Source: Halorutilales archaeon Cl-col2-1
Lineage (GTDB): Archaea > Halobacteriota > Halobacteria > Halobacteriales > Afararchaeaceae
Direction of reading: 5' to 3'
DNA length: 64,000 nucleotides
Assembly: GCA_041891055.1 (NCBI GenBank)
Contig: CP169074.1
Span: forward strand, 416,001 to 480,000
Part shown: piece after piece, positions 10,403 through 20,639 of the stretch
Position numbering within the stretch: the stretch's first letter is position 1
Layout of the letters: every line of letters starts with the position of its first letter
Notes under the pieces: generated by a model
What the model was told of the DNA's origin: nothing
The model's database searches: none
What the model saw: the letters and a program-made list of their open reading frames with translations, nothing else
Translations under genes and position numbers: made by a program

Positions 10403-11083
10403 ATGACCGTACGTGACGAGTTCGACTCGTGGGCGGAGACGGGACGCGACAGAGGGATGGAGGAGAGACACTGGAGCACCGCGAAGAAGGCTCTCGCGAG
10501 GATGCCTGTCGAGGAGGGCGACTACGTCCTCGACCTCGGCTGTGGGAGTGGCTACGCCGGACGCGCACTCCGTGACAACTACGACGCCGGAAGGGTCTAC
10601 GGACTCGACGGATCTCCCGAGATGGCGCGTAACGCGAGCGGCTACACAGAAGACCCGCGTATAGGCTACATCGTTGGCGACTTCTCGGATCTACCTTTCT
10701 CCGACTCGTCGCTCGACCACGTCTGGTCTATGGAGGCTTTCTACTACGCCGACGACCCCCACGAGACACTCGAAGAGGTGAGACGCGTACTCCGCTCAGG
10801 CGGTACCTTCTACTGCGCAGTCAACTACTACGACGAGAATATATACTCCCACGACTGGCAGGATATGATCTCTGTCGAGATGACACTCTGGAGCCGTGAC
10901 GACTACCGAGATGCCTTCCGTGAGGCAGGTCTCTACGTTGCCGAACAGGACAACATACCAGACACAGACGTCGATATACCCGACGAGTCGGAGTTCCCGA
11001 CACAGGACTGGGAGACGCGAGACGAGATGGTCGAACGTTACAGGGAGTTCGGAACCCTCCTGACTGTAGGGGTCGCGCCGTAG
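10403..11083 (+). CDS. Class I SAM-dependent methyltransferase
   Basis: VLDLGCGSG motif I, GLDGS, LPFSDSSLD, LRSGG. Confidence 0.9.
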   Translation: MTVRDEFDSWAETGRDRGMEERHWSTAKKALARMPVEEGDYVLDLGCGSGYAGRALRDNYDAGRVYGLDGSPEMARNASGYTEDPRIGYIVGDFSDLPFSDSSLDHVWSMEAFYYADDPHETLEEVRRVLRSGGTFYCAVNYYDENIYSHDWQDMISVEMTLWSRDDYRDAFREAGLYVAEQDNIPDTDVDIPDESEFPTQDWETRDEMVERYREFGTLLTVGVAP

Positions 11084-11085
11084 TC

Positions 11086-11786
11086 GGCGGTGTTCAGATA
11101 AGGAATGAATGAAGGATGAGGCGGGGCGTTTTGAGAGTGTCCATGTCCAAAAACGCCTGCCTCAGTAGAGGTATAGACGCAATCGAATTAGGTTTTATGG
11201 AACGAGAAGCGACACCCCAATTTGCGATGAAGGTAGGTATTCAGATGCATTTGGCTGGATTATCGCTATCGAATACCGCCTCTGTACTGGAGTCCTTGGG
11301 TGTCGAGCGAGTGCGTTCAACAATTCACAACTGGGTGCATAAAGCCGATCTACAGCCAGACAGCGGCGGCAGTCCGAATCAGGTAGCAGTTGACGAAACC
11401 ATGATTCGGTTCAACGGGAGGTGGTACTGGCTGTACATGGCTGTAGATCCTGACACTAACGACATCCTCCACACAAAGCTTCAACCAACGAGAAACCACT
11501 ATACGGCAAAAGATTTCATGAGTGAACTAATCGAGAAACACGACTTGGACGAGAGTCTGTTTCTCGTTGACGGTAACCTGTCGCTTCATGATGCTTGTCG
11601 GTACCACTCACTCCGATTTCGGGTCACTAAACATGGAAATCGGAACTCCGTAGAACGCGTCTTTAGAGAATTAAAACGCCGTACGCAAGCCTTCTCAAAC
11701 AGCTTCAGCAACGCTCACCTTCAGACAGCCGACGACTGGCTAAAGTCGTTCGCCTTCGCTTGGAATCATCTTATCTGAACACTACC
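11086..11786 (+). mobile_element. IS6-family insertion sequence (701 bp)
   Basis: TIRs GGCGGTGTTCAGATAAG (11086-11102) and CTTATCTGAACACTACC (11770-11786), 15/17 match; 8-bp direct repeat CCGTAGTC at 11078-11085 and 11787-11794. Confidence 0.93.
11143..11778 (+). CDS. IS6-family DDE transposase
   Basis: HLAGLSLS..STIHNWV HTH; VAVDET / FLVDG / NSVERVF DDE triad. Confidence 0.92.
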   Translation: MSKNACLSRGIDAIELGFMEREATPQFAMKVGIQMHLAGLSLSNTASVLESLGVERVRSTIHNWVHKADLQPDSGGSPNQVAVDETMIRFNGRWYWLYMAVDPDTNDILHTKLQPTRNHYTAKDFMSELIEKHDLDESLFLVDGNLSLHDACRYHSLRFRVTKHGNRNSVERVFRELKRRTQAFSNSFSNAHLQTADDWLKSFAFAWNHLI

Positions 11787-11836
11787 CCGTAGTCACGGCT
11801 TAGCTTTATAAGACGAAAGCACGTACACGTTCTAAG

Positions 11837-12994
11837 ATGAGGAGCTACAAAGTCGGACGTATAATGGGAATTGATATAAAGATACATCTGTCGCTCCTCG
11901 TTCTACTTCCCCTGCTCGCGTGGCTCATAAGCAGGGAACAACAGATCACCATCTGGACCGACATAATCTCGGGGTTCTACCCCCACACACTCACGACTGA
12001 GCCTCTCCTCTCGGGTAATGCACCCTTAATAATCGGAGGAGTCGCAGCCGTGGGTCTTTTCGCGGGTGTGACTGTCCACGAGCTCGGACACTCGTGGGTC
12101 GCGCGGCGTTACGGTCTCACGATCTCGTCGATCACACTCTGGATATTCGGCGGAATGGCGAACATGGACGAGAACCCAAAGGAGTGGAACGTCGAGTTCT
12201 GGATGGCTCTCGCAGGTCCCGTGACGAGCGTCGTGATAAGCGGTGTCTTCATGGGGGTACTCCAGCTACTCCCCGCGAGTACTCCTCCCGTCGCGGTCTT
12301 CGTAGTCGGATGGCTCGCTATGATGAACCTCGCACTCGCCATCTTTAACATGCTCCCGGCGTTCCCGATGGACGGCGGACGTGTCTTCCGGGCTCTACTC
12401 GCGAGGTCACGTCCCTACGTCGAGGCGACCCAGATCGCGGCGGGAGTCGGAAAGTTCTTCGCAGTCGGAATGGGTATACTCGGAGTCCTAAGCTTCAATC
12501 CCCTACTCGTCCTCATAGCACTCTTCGTCTACGTCGCGGCGACGTCGGAGTCGAGGATGGCTGTCGTCAGCGACCTCCTTCAGGACGTGAAGGTGTCGGA
12601 TCTGATGACGACCGAGGTCAAGACGGTACCGCGTGACATAAGCGTGAACGACCTTGCCAACAGGATGCTCACACAGAGACACACCGGATACCCCGTCGTA
12701 GACGGTACGGGATCGGTCGTGGGTATTGTGACTCTCACCGACATAAAGGAAGTAGATGAGGTCGAGAGAGACGCCTACACTGCGGGCGACATAATGACCC
12801 ACGACGTCATCACCGTAGAGCCCGAAGACGACGCCTTCGAGGTTCTCAGAACGATAGGACAGAACGACATAGGGCGCGTCTTAGTCGAGACAGACGGCGA
12901 GGTCGTCGGGATACTCTCAAGAACCGACCTCGTGACGGCACTCGAAGTTCTCCAGGGAGGCGGTATGCAGAGAAGAAGTATGCCTCAGGTGTAG
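11837..12994 (+). CDS. M50 site-2 metalloprotease with CBS pair
   Basis: HELGH, AGP and FNMLPAFPMDGGR motifs; two C-terminal CBS domains. Confidence 0.93.
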   Translation: MRSYKVGRIMGIDIKIHLSLLVLLPLLAWLISREQQITIWTDIISGFYPHTLTTEPLLSGNAPLIIGGVAAVGLFAGVTVHELGHSWVARRYGLTISSITLWIFGGMANMDENPKEWNVEFWMALAGPVTSVVISGVFMGVLQLLPASTPPVAVFVVGWLAMMNLALAIFNMLPAFPMDGGRVFRALLARSRPYVEATQIAAGVGKFFAVGMGILGVLSFNPLLVLIALFVYVAATSESRMAVVSDLLQDVKVSDLMTTEVKTVPRDISVNDLANRMLTQRHTGYPVVDGTGSVVGIVTLTDIKEVDEVERDAYTAGDIMTHDVITVEPEDDAFEVLRTIGQNDIGRVLVETDGEVVGILSRTDLVTALEVLQGGGMQRRSMPQV

Positions 12995-13006
12995 GTGTAG
13001 GTGTAG
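12989..13006 (+). repeat. (GTGTAG)x3 tandem repeat over the protease stop codon
   Basis: gtgtag gtgtag gtgtag read directly. Confidence 0.8.
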
Positions 13007-13294
13007 GTTTAACTGAGGTGCGATAGCCTCGGGATCGCGAAACCAAGATCAGCAGACTGGAAGTTTAACCTTGAACGCGGCACCCCCCATCTCGGAGTCG
13101 TCGACCCAGACTTCGCCGCCGTAGTTCTCGACTAATGTGTCGACTAGATAGAGCCCGACGCCGGTTCCCTCGCTTTCGAGTCCTTTCTCCCCTCTCCCGA
13201 ATATCTCGTCTTTTTCGTTGTCGGGGACACCCGGACCGTTGTCGGCTATACTTATTACGACGTGTCCCTCGACCTCCTCTGCTGTAATCTCTAT

Positions 13295-14743
13295 CTTTCT
13301 GCGAGGAGAGAATCCCGCCCTTCAGGGCGGGAGTGAATCCGACAACTCCCTCACAACCCACTGTCGATGGCAGGCCGGATATTCAACGCTCATCCGTACC
13401 ATTAAGTAAGTTTATCGACATAGGCTATGTATGGCGATTGAGGTCACGCGAACCTACATTGGTTCCATCCAGAACCAGCGACAGGTTTACCATGGCCTCG
13501 ATTCGCTCGGAGACTCCGCCTCAAAAATCTGGAACGTCGCACGCTGGACAGCTGACCGAATCTGGGGCGAAACAGGCGAAATCCCAGACGAAGGAACGCT
13601 CAAAGCGTACATGAAGAACCGAGAGTGCTGGAAAGATTTGAACGCACAATCCAGTCAGAAAGTCATCGAAGAACTTTCCGACGCTTTCCAGTCATGGTTC
13701 GACCTGCGACACAAGGACGACAAGGCGAATCCGCCCGGCTACCGCAAACACGGCGACACTCGCCCCAAGAGTACGGTCACGTTCAAAGAAGACGGTTTCA
13801 AACACGACCCAGAGAACAACCGCATTCGCCTCTCAAAGGGAAAGAACCTGAAAGACCACCGCTCGGACTTCCTGCTCTGTGAGTACCAGACCCGCCCTGA
13901 CGTTGACCTCTCAGAAGTAACCAAGGTGCAGAACGTTCGCGCAGTCTGGAATGGTGAGGAGTGGGAACTGCACTTCGTCTGCAAAGTCAGCCTCGAAACC
14001 AACGACTCTGCTGGCAACGGAGTGGCAGGAATCGATCTCGGAATCAAGAACATCGCCACGGTCGCCTTCCCCGACGAATACGTTCTCTACCCCGGCAACT
14101 CACTCAAAGAAGACAAGCACTACTTCACCCGAGCAGAGTACGATACAGAGGGTGAGAACGGGCCGTCCGAAAAGTCGATGTGGGCACGTCGAAAACTCAC
14201 AGAGCGCGAGACACACTTCTACCACACGCTGACAGACACCATCATCACAGAGTGTGTCGAACGCGGTGTCGGCACGCTCGCAGTGAGTTGGCCCGAAGAC
14301 GTGCATGAGTCGGATTGGGGAAAGACCGGGAACAAGAAGCTGCACTCGTGGGCGTTCGACCGCATCTACCAGTACCTCGAATACAAAGGCGAGATTCGCG
14401 GTGTCGAGGTGCTGAAGGAGAACGAGTGGGACACCTCGAAAACGTGTTCACGATGTGGTGACGACACGAAGTCAAACCGTGTCGAGCGTGGACTGTACGT
14501 CTGCTCGTCGTGTGAAATGGTAGCCAACGCGGATTGCAATGGGGCGGAGAATATGCGGCAGAAGATAACTCTGAGTCCTCATGGTGAGGATAGGAGTAAC
14601 GGCTGTGTGGCACAGCCATCGACACACTTGTTCGACCGCGAGAGCGGGACGTTCAACACGAGAGAACAGGTCGTGTCGTAGACCGGCAAATATCCCACCT
14701 GCGGTACGGGAAGCCCCGCCGTTCACGGCGGGGAGGATGTCAC
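13295..14743 (+). mobile_element. IS200/IS605-family tnpB-only (IS1341-type) element 1
   Basis: Left hairpin TCCCGCCC-TTCA-GGGCGGGA 13313-13332; right hairpin CCCCGCCG-TTCA-CGGCGGGG 14714-14733; ends in TCAC; inserted 3' of CTAT with no TSD; no tnpA. Confidence 0.92.
13431..14681 (+). CDS. tnpB: TnpB RNA-guided nuclease
   Basis: PPGYRK, GIDLG (RuvC-I), TSKTCSRCG..CSSC Zn ribbon, NADCNGAENM (RuvC-III). Confidence 0.95.
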   Translation: MAIEVTRTYIGSIQNQRQVYHGLDSLGDSASKIWNVARWTADRIWGETGEIPDEGTLKAYMKNRECWKDLNAQSSQKVIEELSDAFQSWFDLRHKDDKANPPGYRKHGDTRPKSTVTFKEDGFKHDPENNRIRLSKGKNLKDHRSDFLLCEYQTRPDVDLSEVTKVQNVRAVWNGEEWELHFVCKVSLETNDSAGNGVAGIDLGIKNIATVAFPDEYVLYPGNSLKEDKHYFTRAEYDTEGENGPSEKSMWARRKLTERETHFYHTLTDTIITECVERGVGTLAVSWPEDVHESDWGKTGNKKLHSWAFDRIYQYLEYKGEIRGVEVLKENEWDTSKTCSRCGDDTKSNRVERGLYVCSSCEMVANADCNGAENMRQKITLSPHGEDRSNGCVAQPSTHLFDRESGTFNTREQVVS

Positions 14744-15986
14744 TCTCGGCGTGTTACTGCTGTTGTGCTCGATCGAGTTGTTGAGTATGTTTCTGAAGAC
14801 TGAGTCTATCAGGTCGTTTGCCCTGACCTCGACACTGGGTATATCCTCCATCGTGATCTCGGCGTCAGTCTGAGAAAGCTTCGTCTCATACTCCTCTCTC
14901 AGAACCTCGGATATATCGACGGGCTCGACCTCCATCTCCTCGTCCGACGCTATCGATCTGACGAAGTCACGTGCGACCTCGGTAAGGTCGACGACGCTCT
15001 CACACGCCGACTCGGCTCTCTCGACGCACTCCTCAGCGTCGTCATCGACCATCCCTTCGAGTCTCGACAGCCATCCGAGGGCGACAGTCATGTCGTTACG
15101 TATGTCGTGACGCACTATACGGTTGAGAAGCTCAAGCTCGGTGTTTCTTCTCTGAAGCTCCTCCTCGTACTTCTTCTGGGCAGTTATGTCGCGGAATATA
15201 CCTATTGTCTCGACGGACTCAGATAAGTCGGATATCACACTCGTGTTGAGCTCAGAGATTAAGCGGTCTCTGGGTGACGTATACTCGACTGTCGTACTTG
15301 TCGTGGTGTCCTCCTCTATGTCGAGAAAGACTCTGTCGACTTCTTCTTCGGGCTCGAAGTTAAGTTCGGCTACGTTATTCCCTGAGGCGTCTTTTATTTC
15401 GAAAGACTCCGAGAACGCCTCGTTGGTATCGAGTATCTCACCGTCCTGTGAGACGACGGCTACGGGGTCGGGGGCGTTCTCGAAGAGTGACTTGAACCGT
15501 CTGTCGCTAATCTCCTTCCTGTGTCTGAGTTCGACTGAGAGCCTCCTGTTTCTCAGAAGACTCTCGACTCTGTAGTTAAGCTCCAGCTTGTCCACGGGCA
15601 TAGAGACTATGTCGTCGATGAGGCTCGTGTCATTGACAGAGTCAGCAACCCCGGAGTTCGGCGTACTGAGATCCGAGCCGGAGCTGAGAAGGAGGAGGTA
15701 GGGCAGGTAAGCGGGTCTCTCGGACTCCTTCTTCTGTCTGAGATCCGACTCCCTACGTCTCAATATCTCCGTGTCGAAGATACACAGGTCGAAGTCGGTG
15801 TCGGCAATACTAACATCGTCAGGGTCTTGGTACTCGACGAGTTCTGCGTCGTGTTTCTCCTCGATCTCGTCCTCTAGAAGACGTAAATTCGGTTTGTTTT
15901 CGGAGAGTATAAGAATCTCCGCCGTAGCCATGCTTAAACTAAATCTGGATCAAGTATTAATATTGGGGGATCGGCATCTAAGTATG

Positions 15987-16961
15987 TCAGATCTGTATCT
16001 GGGGCATCATTCTCCACGCCGACCACACCAGAAGAACTGAGAAAGCCGCTTTGAGAGCCCTGTCGGGTAGACGGTGGTTGACCTTCTGACCGAGTCTCGC
16101 GCCGAAGAAGCCGCCGACCAGAACTGCGACGCCGAGTTCGAGGAAGACTGCGCCCTGGCTCAAGTACTCCGTCGTCGCTGAGACGCTGTTCGCCATCACG
16201 ACAGACGACGAGGTTCCTACGGCGACGTGTATCGGAAGACCGAGTATCACGTTTATCGAGGGTGTGAGTAGGAAGCCACCGCCCACACCCAAGAGACCCG
16301 CGACGAATCCGATGCCGAGTCCGAGTAGTACTGAGGTCAGGAGGTCGACGGTGTACGAGACGCCCTTGTACGAGCCGGTGAACTTGAGGAAGTCGGGGAC
16401 GAAGCCGAGTGACCTGTCGGTGGTCTCTATCTCTCCTCCTCCCGACTTTACCGACTCCCTCGCCATGTAGACAGCACCGCCGACGAGAACCGCTGAGAAG
16501 ACGCCTCTCATCGTAGACTCGTCGAGACCCGCCGACCACGCCGCTCCTAAGACGGCTCCCACAATTCCACCGACACCCACCGCGGCTCCGGCTCTGATAT
16601 CGGCGGTTCCGCTCCTGTAATGGTTCGAGACAGCGAAGAAGGACGTGAAGGCGGCTTGGAAGACGCTCGTCCCCTTAGCGAGAGTGAGCGGGAGACCTCC
16701 GAAGAGGGTCAGGAAGGTCACCGTCAGGACTCCTATGAACGCGCCGAAGACACCCCCCGCGAACCCCGCGCCGAATCCTATCGCGCTCCCTACTGCGGCG
16801 GGAACCTCGGCGGCGTACTCGGTGCTGGAGAAAGTAAGGACTACCGACGGTGAGAGAGCCTCGGAAACTACGAACACGGCATAGATGACAAATCCCGAGT
16901 AGAATACGGCATCGAACCACGACAACGACCTGTATTTAGTTACTAGGCTACGTACAGACAT
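15987..16961 (-). CDS. TauE/SafE (TSUP) sulfite-exporter family membrane protein
   Basis: AGLLGVGGGFLLTP, AVGTS / AKGTS repeats. Start at ATG 16961 is an estimate. Confidence 0.85.
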   Translation of the reverse strand: MSVRSLVTKYRSLSWFDAVFYSGFVIYAVFVVSEALSPSVVLTFSSTEYAAEVPAAVGSAIGFGAGFAGGVFGAFIGVLTVTFLTLFGGLPLTLAKGTSVFQAAFTSFFAVSNHYRSGTADIRAGAAVGVGGIVGAVLGAAWSAGLDESTMRGVFSAVLVGGAVYMARESVKSGGGEIETTDRSLGFVPDFLKFTGSYKGVSYTVDLLTSVLLGLGIGFVAGLLGVGGGFLLTPSINVILGLPIHVAVGTSSSVVMANSVSATTEYLSQGAVFLELGVAVLVGGFFGARLGQKVNHRLPDRALKAAFSVLLVWSAWRMMPQIQI

Positions 16962-17068
16962 ATTGGTACTACATACGTAGAGACTGGTCAAGTAGCTTCC
17001 GACAGTCACACGCGAACCAGAGCCTAAGAACAGAGCGAGGAAAGTAAGTAAGTAGTCGGTTTTCTATC

Positions 17069-17599
17069 TCAGCACTCTTCCTCGTAGAGCTCCATCGAGT
17101 GCTCTATGGCTTCCATTGCCTCTTCCCTGTCCTCGTATCCGAGAGTCTCGGTCTCCTTGCCCTCTTCGAGAGCCTTGTAGGTCTCGAAGAAATGGGCGAT
17201 CTCCTCTCTCCTGTGTCCAGGGATGTCGGAGACATCGTCGACGTGGTCGTAACGTGGATCTTCCTCGGGGACGGCTATTATCTTGTCGTCCTTCTCACCG
17301 TCATCGAGCATCTTGAGCATGCCTATCGGACGTGCCTCGACGACACAGCCGGGGAATGTGCTGTCCTCTAAGAGGACGAGAGCGTCAAGTGGGTCTCCGT
17401 CGTCGTAGAACGACTGTGGGAGGAATCCGTAGTCACTCGGGTAATGGACGTTCGAGTGGAGCACACGGTCGAGGACACAGTCCTCGACTTCCTTGTGGTA
17501 CTCGTACTTGTTCCTCTCACCCTTGAGACACTCAACGACGACGTGTATCTGTTCGGGCGGGTTGTGTCCTGTGTCGACGTCTCTCCAGAGGTCTACCAT
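17069..17599 (-). CDS. ppa: Inorganic pyrophosphatase
   Basis: NKYE, LDRVL, YGF.PQ, DDGDPLD, DDKII motifs. Confidence 0.96.
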   Translation of the reverse strand: MVDLWRDVDTGHNPPEQIHVVVECLKGERNKYEYHKEVEDCVLDRVLHSNVHYPSDYGFLPQSFYDDGDPLDALVLLEDSTFPGCVVEARPIGMLKMLDDGEKDDKIIAVPEEDPRYDHVDDVSDIPGHRREEIAHFFETYKALEEGKETETLGYEDREEAMEAIEHSMELYEEEC

Positions 17600-17923
17600 A
17601 CGACTTCGAGGGGACGGAGACTCAAAGAAGATTTCGCTTTCGACGAGCGTAATAAGCTCACCAGTATTTGCGAAGATTTATCTTGAGACAACGTCCTACC
17701 CATTACCATAATGCCCAGTACCTGGAGGGATCGTTTTTTGGGACTCGGAAGTCACGAAGTCGGTGTCGGAGACCGACCCGTATACGGATTCTGATAGGCG
17801 CCACCCTACGACGCCGCTTCGACGTCTGATTAGAGGTAGAGGCAGTTTCGACATAGACACAGACGCGGATACAGAGACCCAGACGCAGAGAGACACGACT
17901 ACTCGACGGAGGATTGATACTTT

Positions 17924-20617
17924 ATGTCCTTGACAGATATAGACACAGAGACTGACACCGAAGAAGACGACTCTACGTACGACCACGACGCAGTAGAGGA
18001 GAAGTGGCAGGAGAGATGGGAGGAAGAAGGTGTATTCGAGGCGGACGACGAGGGCGACGACAAGTACTACGTCCTCGGTATGTTTCCCTACCCCTCGGGA
18101 AAGCTCCACATGGGACACGTCCGCAACTACTCGATAACCGACGCCTACGCGCGGTACAGGAGGATGAAAGGGCACGAAGTCCTACATCCGATGGGATGGG
18201 ACTCGTTCGGACTCCCCGCCGAGAACGCCGCCTTAGAACGTGACACCAATCCGAGGGACTGGACTATCGACTGCATCGACTCGATGCACGACCAGATGGA
18301 GGCTATGGGGTTCGGCTACGACTGGAGCCGTGAGATAAAGACCTCCGACCCCGACTACTTCCGTTGGAACCAGTGGCTCTTCAAACGGTTCTACGACGAG
18401 GGTCTCGTCGAGAACAAGGAGGGCGAGGTCAACTGGTGTCCTTCGTGTGAGACAGTCCTCGCGAACGAACAGGTCGAGGACGACAGATGCTGGAGATGTG
18501 AGACCCCCGTCGAGACTAGGATGCTCGACCAGTGGTACTTCGAGATCACGGAGTACGCCGATGAGCTCCTAGAGTACCTCGAAGAGCTCGACGGCTGGCC
18601 CGACAGTGTCACGGAGATGCAGAGGAACTGGATAGGAAAACAGGAGGGCGCGAGGGTCGACTTCGAGGTCGAAGGCTACGGTGACGTCGAGGTCTTCACG
18701 ACACGTCTCGACACTATCCACGGAGCGACCTACATGGCACTCGCTCCCGAACATCCCGTCGCCGAGGATATCGCCGACGGAAACGACGATGTCGCCGACT
18801 TCATAGACTCGGTCGATGAGGACAGGGAAGTCGGACCCGATGCCGAGAAGAACGGCGTCTTTACCGGAGAGTACGCCGTAAACCCGGCGACTGGTGACGA
18901 GATACCCGTATACGTCGCCGACTTCGTCATGATGGACTTCGGCACGGGAGCCATCATGGCAGTCCCTGCACATGACGAGAGGGATCACGAGTTCGCCGAG
19001 AAGTACGACATAGAGATCAGACAGGTCGTCGAGCCCGAGGACGGTGACGTTGACGCTGAAGACGAGGTGTTCACTGAAGACGGCGTCCTCGTCAACTCGG
19101 GAGGATACGACGGAGTGGAAAGCGAGGAGGCGCGCAAGGCGATAGCCGAGGATCTCGACGCCGCGGAGGAAGATACCGAGTACAGGCTACGTGACTGGCT
19201 CATATCGAGACAGAGGTACTGGGGAACACCGATCCCCGTCGTCCACTGTGAAGACTGCGGGGAGGTTCTCGTCTCCGACGAAGAGCTTCCGGTCGAACTC
19301 CCCGAGTTCGTCCAGTCGACGGGCAACCCCTTAGAAGAGGTCGACGGCTTCGTCGAGACCGAGTGTCCCGAATGTGGCGGCGAGGCGAGACGTGAGACCG
19401 ACACGATGGACACATTCGTCGACTCGTCGTGGTACTTCCTGCGTTATACCTCTCCCGACTACGACGACGCCCCCTTCGACGTCGAGACCGCGAACGACTG
19501 GATGCCCGTAGACCAGTACGTCGGCGGCATAGAGCACGCAGTGATGCATCTACTCTACTCACGTTTCTTCACACACGTCCTCAACGACACCGACCTCGTC
19601 GACGTCAAGGAGCCCTTCGAGAACCTCGTGACACAGGGAATGGTTCTCTTAGAGGGAGAGAAGATGTCGAAGAGCAAGGGCAACGTCGTCTCGCCACAGA
19701 GGATAGTCGACGACTACGGTGCCGACACCGCACGTCTCTTCACTATGGGTGCCGCACTCCCCGAGAAGGACTTCGACTGGACCGAGAAGGGAGTCAAGTC
19801 GAACTACGCCTTCATAGAACGTCTCCACACACTCGTCTCGAACTTCACCGACTACGCCGAGGACGAAGACGACGCCCTAACTCGCGACGGAGCCGCAGAG
19901 AAGTACGTCGAAGCTGAGACAGACGCGACGGTAGAGACTGCGAGCGACGAGTACGAGAACTTCGAGTTCAACCACGCTGTCAGAGACGTCAAGAACCTCG
20001 TCTCTCTCCTCGAACAGTACTCCGAGTACAGGAACGGAGAGCCCGACCCCGAGGTGTTCAGAAGGGGTCTCGAAACCGCTGTCAAGGTACTCGCGCCGAT
20101 CACACCCCATGTCTCAGAGGAGATGTGGGACGAACTCGGAGGAGAGGGTCTCGTCGCCGAGGCGGACTGGCCCTCTGCGGAGGTACCCGACGACTACGCC
20201 CTCGAGGAGAGGCTGATAGAGAACACACGCGAGGACGTACGTGAGATAAGCGAGGTCGCGGGGATAGAAGACCCCGAAGAGATACGTATAATTACCGCGC
20301 CTGGCTGGAAGTACGACGCCCTACAGATCGCGCTCGACCTCGACTCCGACGCCGACGTTATCGGACGTATCATGTCAGAAGACGAAATAAGGAGACACGG
20401 CGACGCCGCCGCGAGCTACGGTCAGTACCTCCAGAAGAACCAGATGAAGCTAGAGGACGAGCTTCCGCCTGAGAGGGAAGCCGAGGCTCTCGAACGCGCT
20501 AGATGGCTCTTCGTGAAGGAGTTCGACGCCGAGATCCGGATTCAGAACGCCGACGAGTCGGACTCCGAGAGGGCGGACAAGGCACGTCCCGGAAAGCCCG
20601 CGATAGAGATAGAGTAA
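17924..20617 (+). CDS. leuS: Leucine--tRNA ligase (bacterial-type core, haloarchaeal form)
   Basis: MFPYPSGKLHMGH (HIGH), KMSKS, DWLISRQRYWGTPIP, archaeal-type tail ARPGKPAI. Confidence 0.97.
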   Translation: MSLTDIDTETDTEEDDSTYDHDAVEEKWQERWEEEGVFEADDEGDDKYYVLGMFPYPSGKLHMGHVRNYSITDAYARYRRMKGHEVLHPMGWDSFGLPAENAALERDTNPRDWTIDCIDSMHDQMEAMGFGYDWSREIKTSDPDYFRWNQWLFKRFYDEGLVENKEGEVNWCPSCETVLANEQVEDDRCWRCETPVETRMLDQWYFEITEYADELLEYLEELDGWPDSVTEMQRNWIGKQEGARVDFEVEGYGDVEVFTTRLDTIHGATYMALAPEHPVAEDIADGNDDVADFIDSVDEDREVGPDAEKNGVFTGEYAVNPATGDEIPVYVADFVMMDFGTGAIMAVPAHDERDHEFAEKYDIEIRQVVEPEDGDVDAEDEVFTEDGVLVNSGGYDGVESEEARKAIAEDLDAAEEDTEYRLRDWLISRQRYWGTPIPVVHCEDCGEVLVSDEELPVELPEFVQSTGNPLEEVDGFVETECPECGGEARRETDTMDTFVDSSWYFLRYTSPDYDDAPFDVETANDWMPVDQYVGGIEHAVMHLLYSRFFTHVLNDTDLVDVKEPFENLVTQGMVLLEGEKMSKSKGNVVSPQRIVDDYGADTARLFTMGAALPEKDFDWTEKGVKSNYAFIERLHTLVSNFTDYAEDEDDALTRDGAAEKYVEAETDATVETASDEYENFEFNHAVRDVKNLVSLLEQYSEYRNGEPDPEVFRRGLETAVKVLAPITPHVSEEMWDELGGEGLVAEADWPSAEVPDDYALEERLIENTREDVREISEVAGIEDPEEIRIITAPGWKYDALQIALDLDSDADVIGRIMSEDEIRRHGDAAASYGQYLQKNQMKLEDELPPEREAEALERARWLFVKEFDAEIRIQNADESDSERADKARPGKPAIEIE

Positions 20618-20639
20618 TCCACCTTCCTAACTCGAAGCC

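Larger units (their letters stand above)
13049..15931 (-). pseudogene. Receiver-like/PAS histidine kinase split by a tnpB element
   Basis: N-part 15931-14744 (H-box RHDIRN, N-box NILNNSIEH..TPR) joins in frame to C-part 13294-13049 (IEITAEE..ADNGPG..GTGVGLYLV..KLPVC*). Confidence 0.9.

Noticed and set aside
13065-13361. 98-aa Arg-rich ORF
   Set aside because: Wrong frame of the kinase C-terminal remnant plus the IS left end.
17924-20617. Bacterial-type LeuRS as a novel transfer
   Set aside because: Already known as the normal haloarchaeal form.
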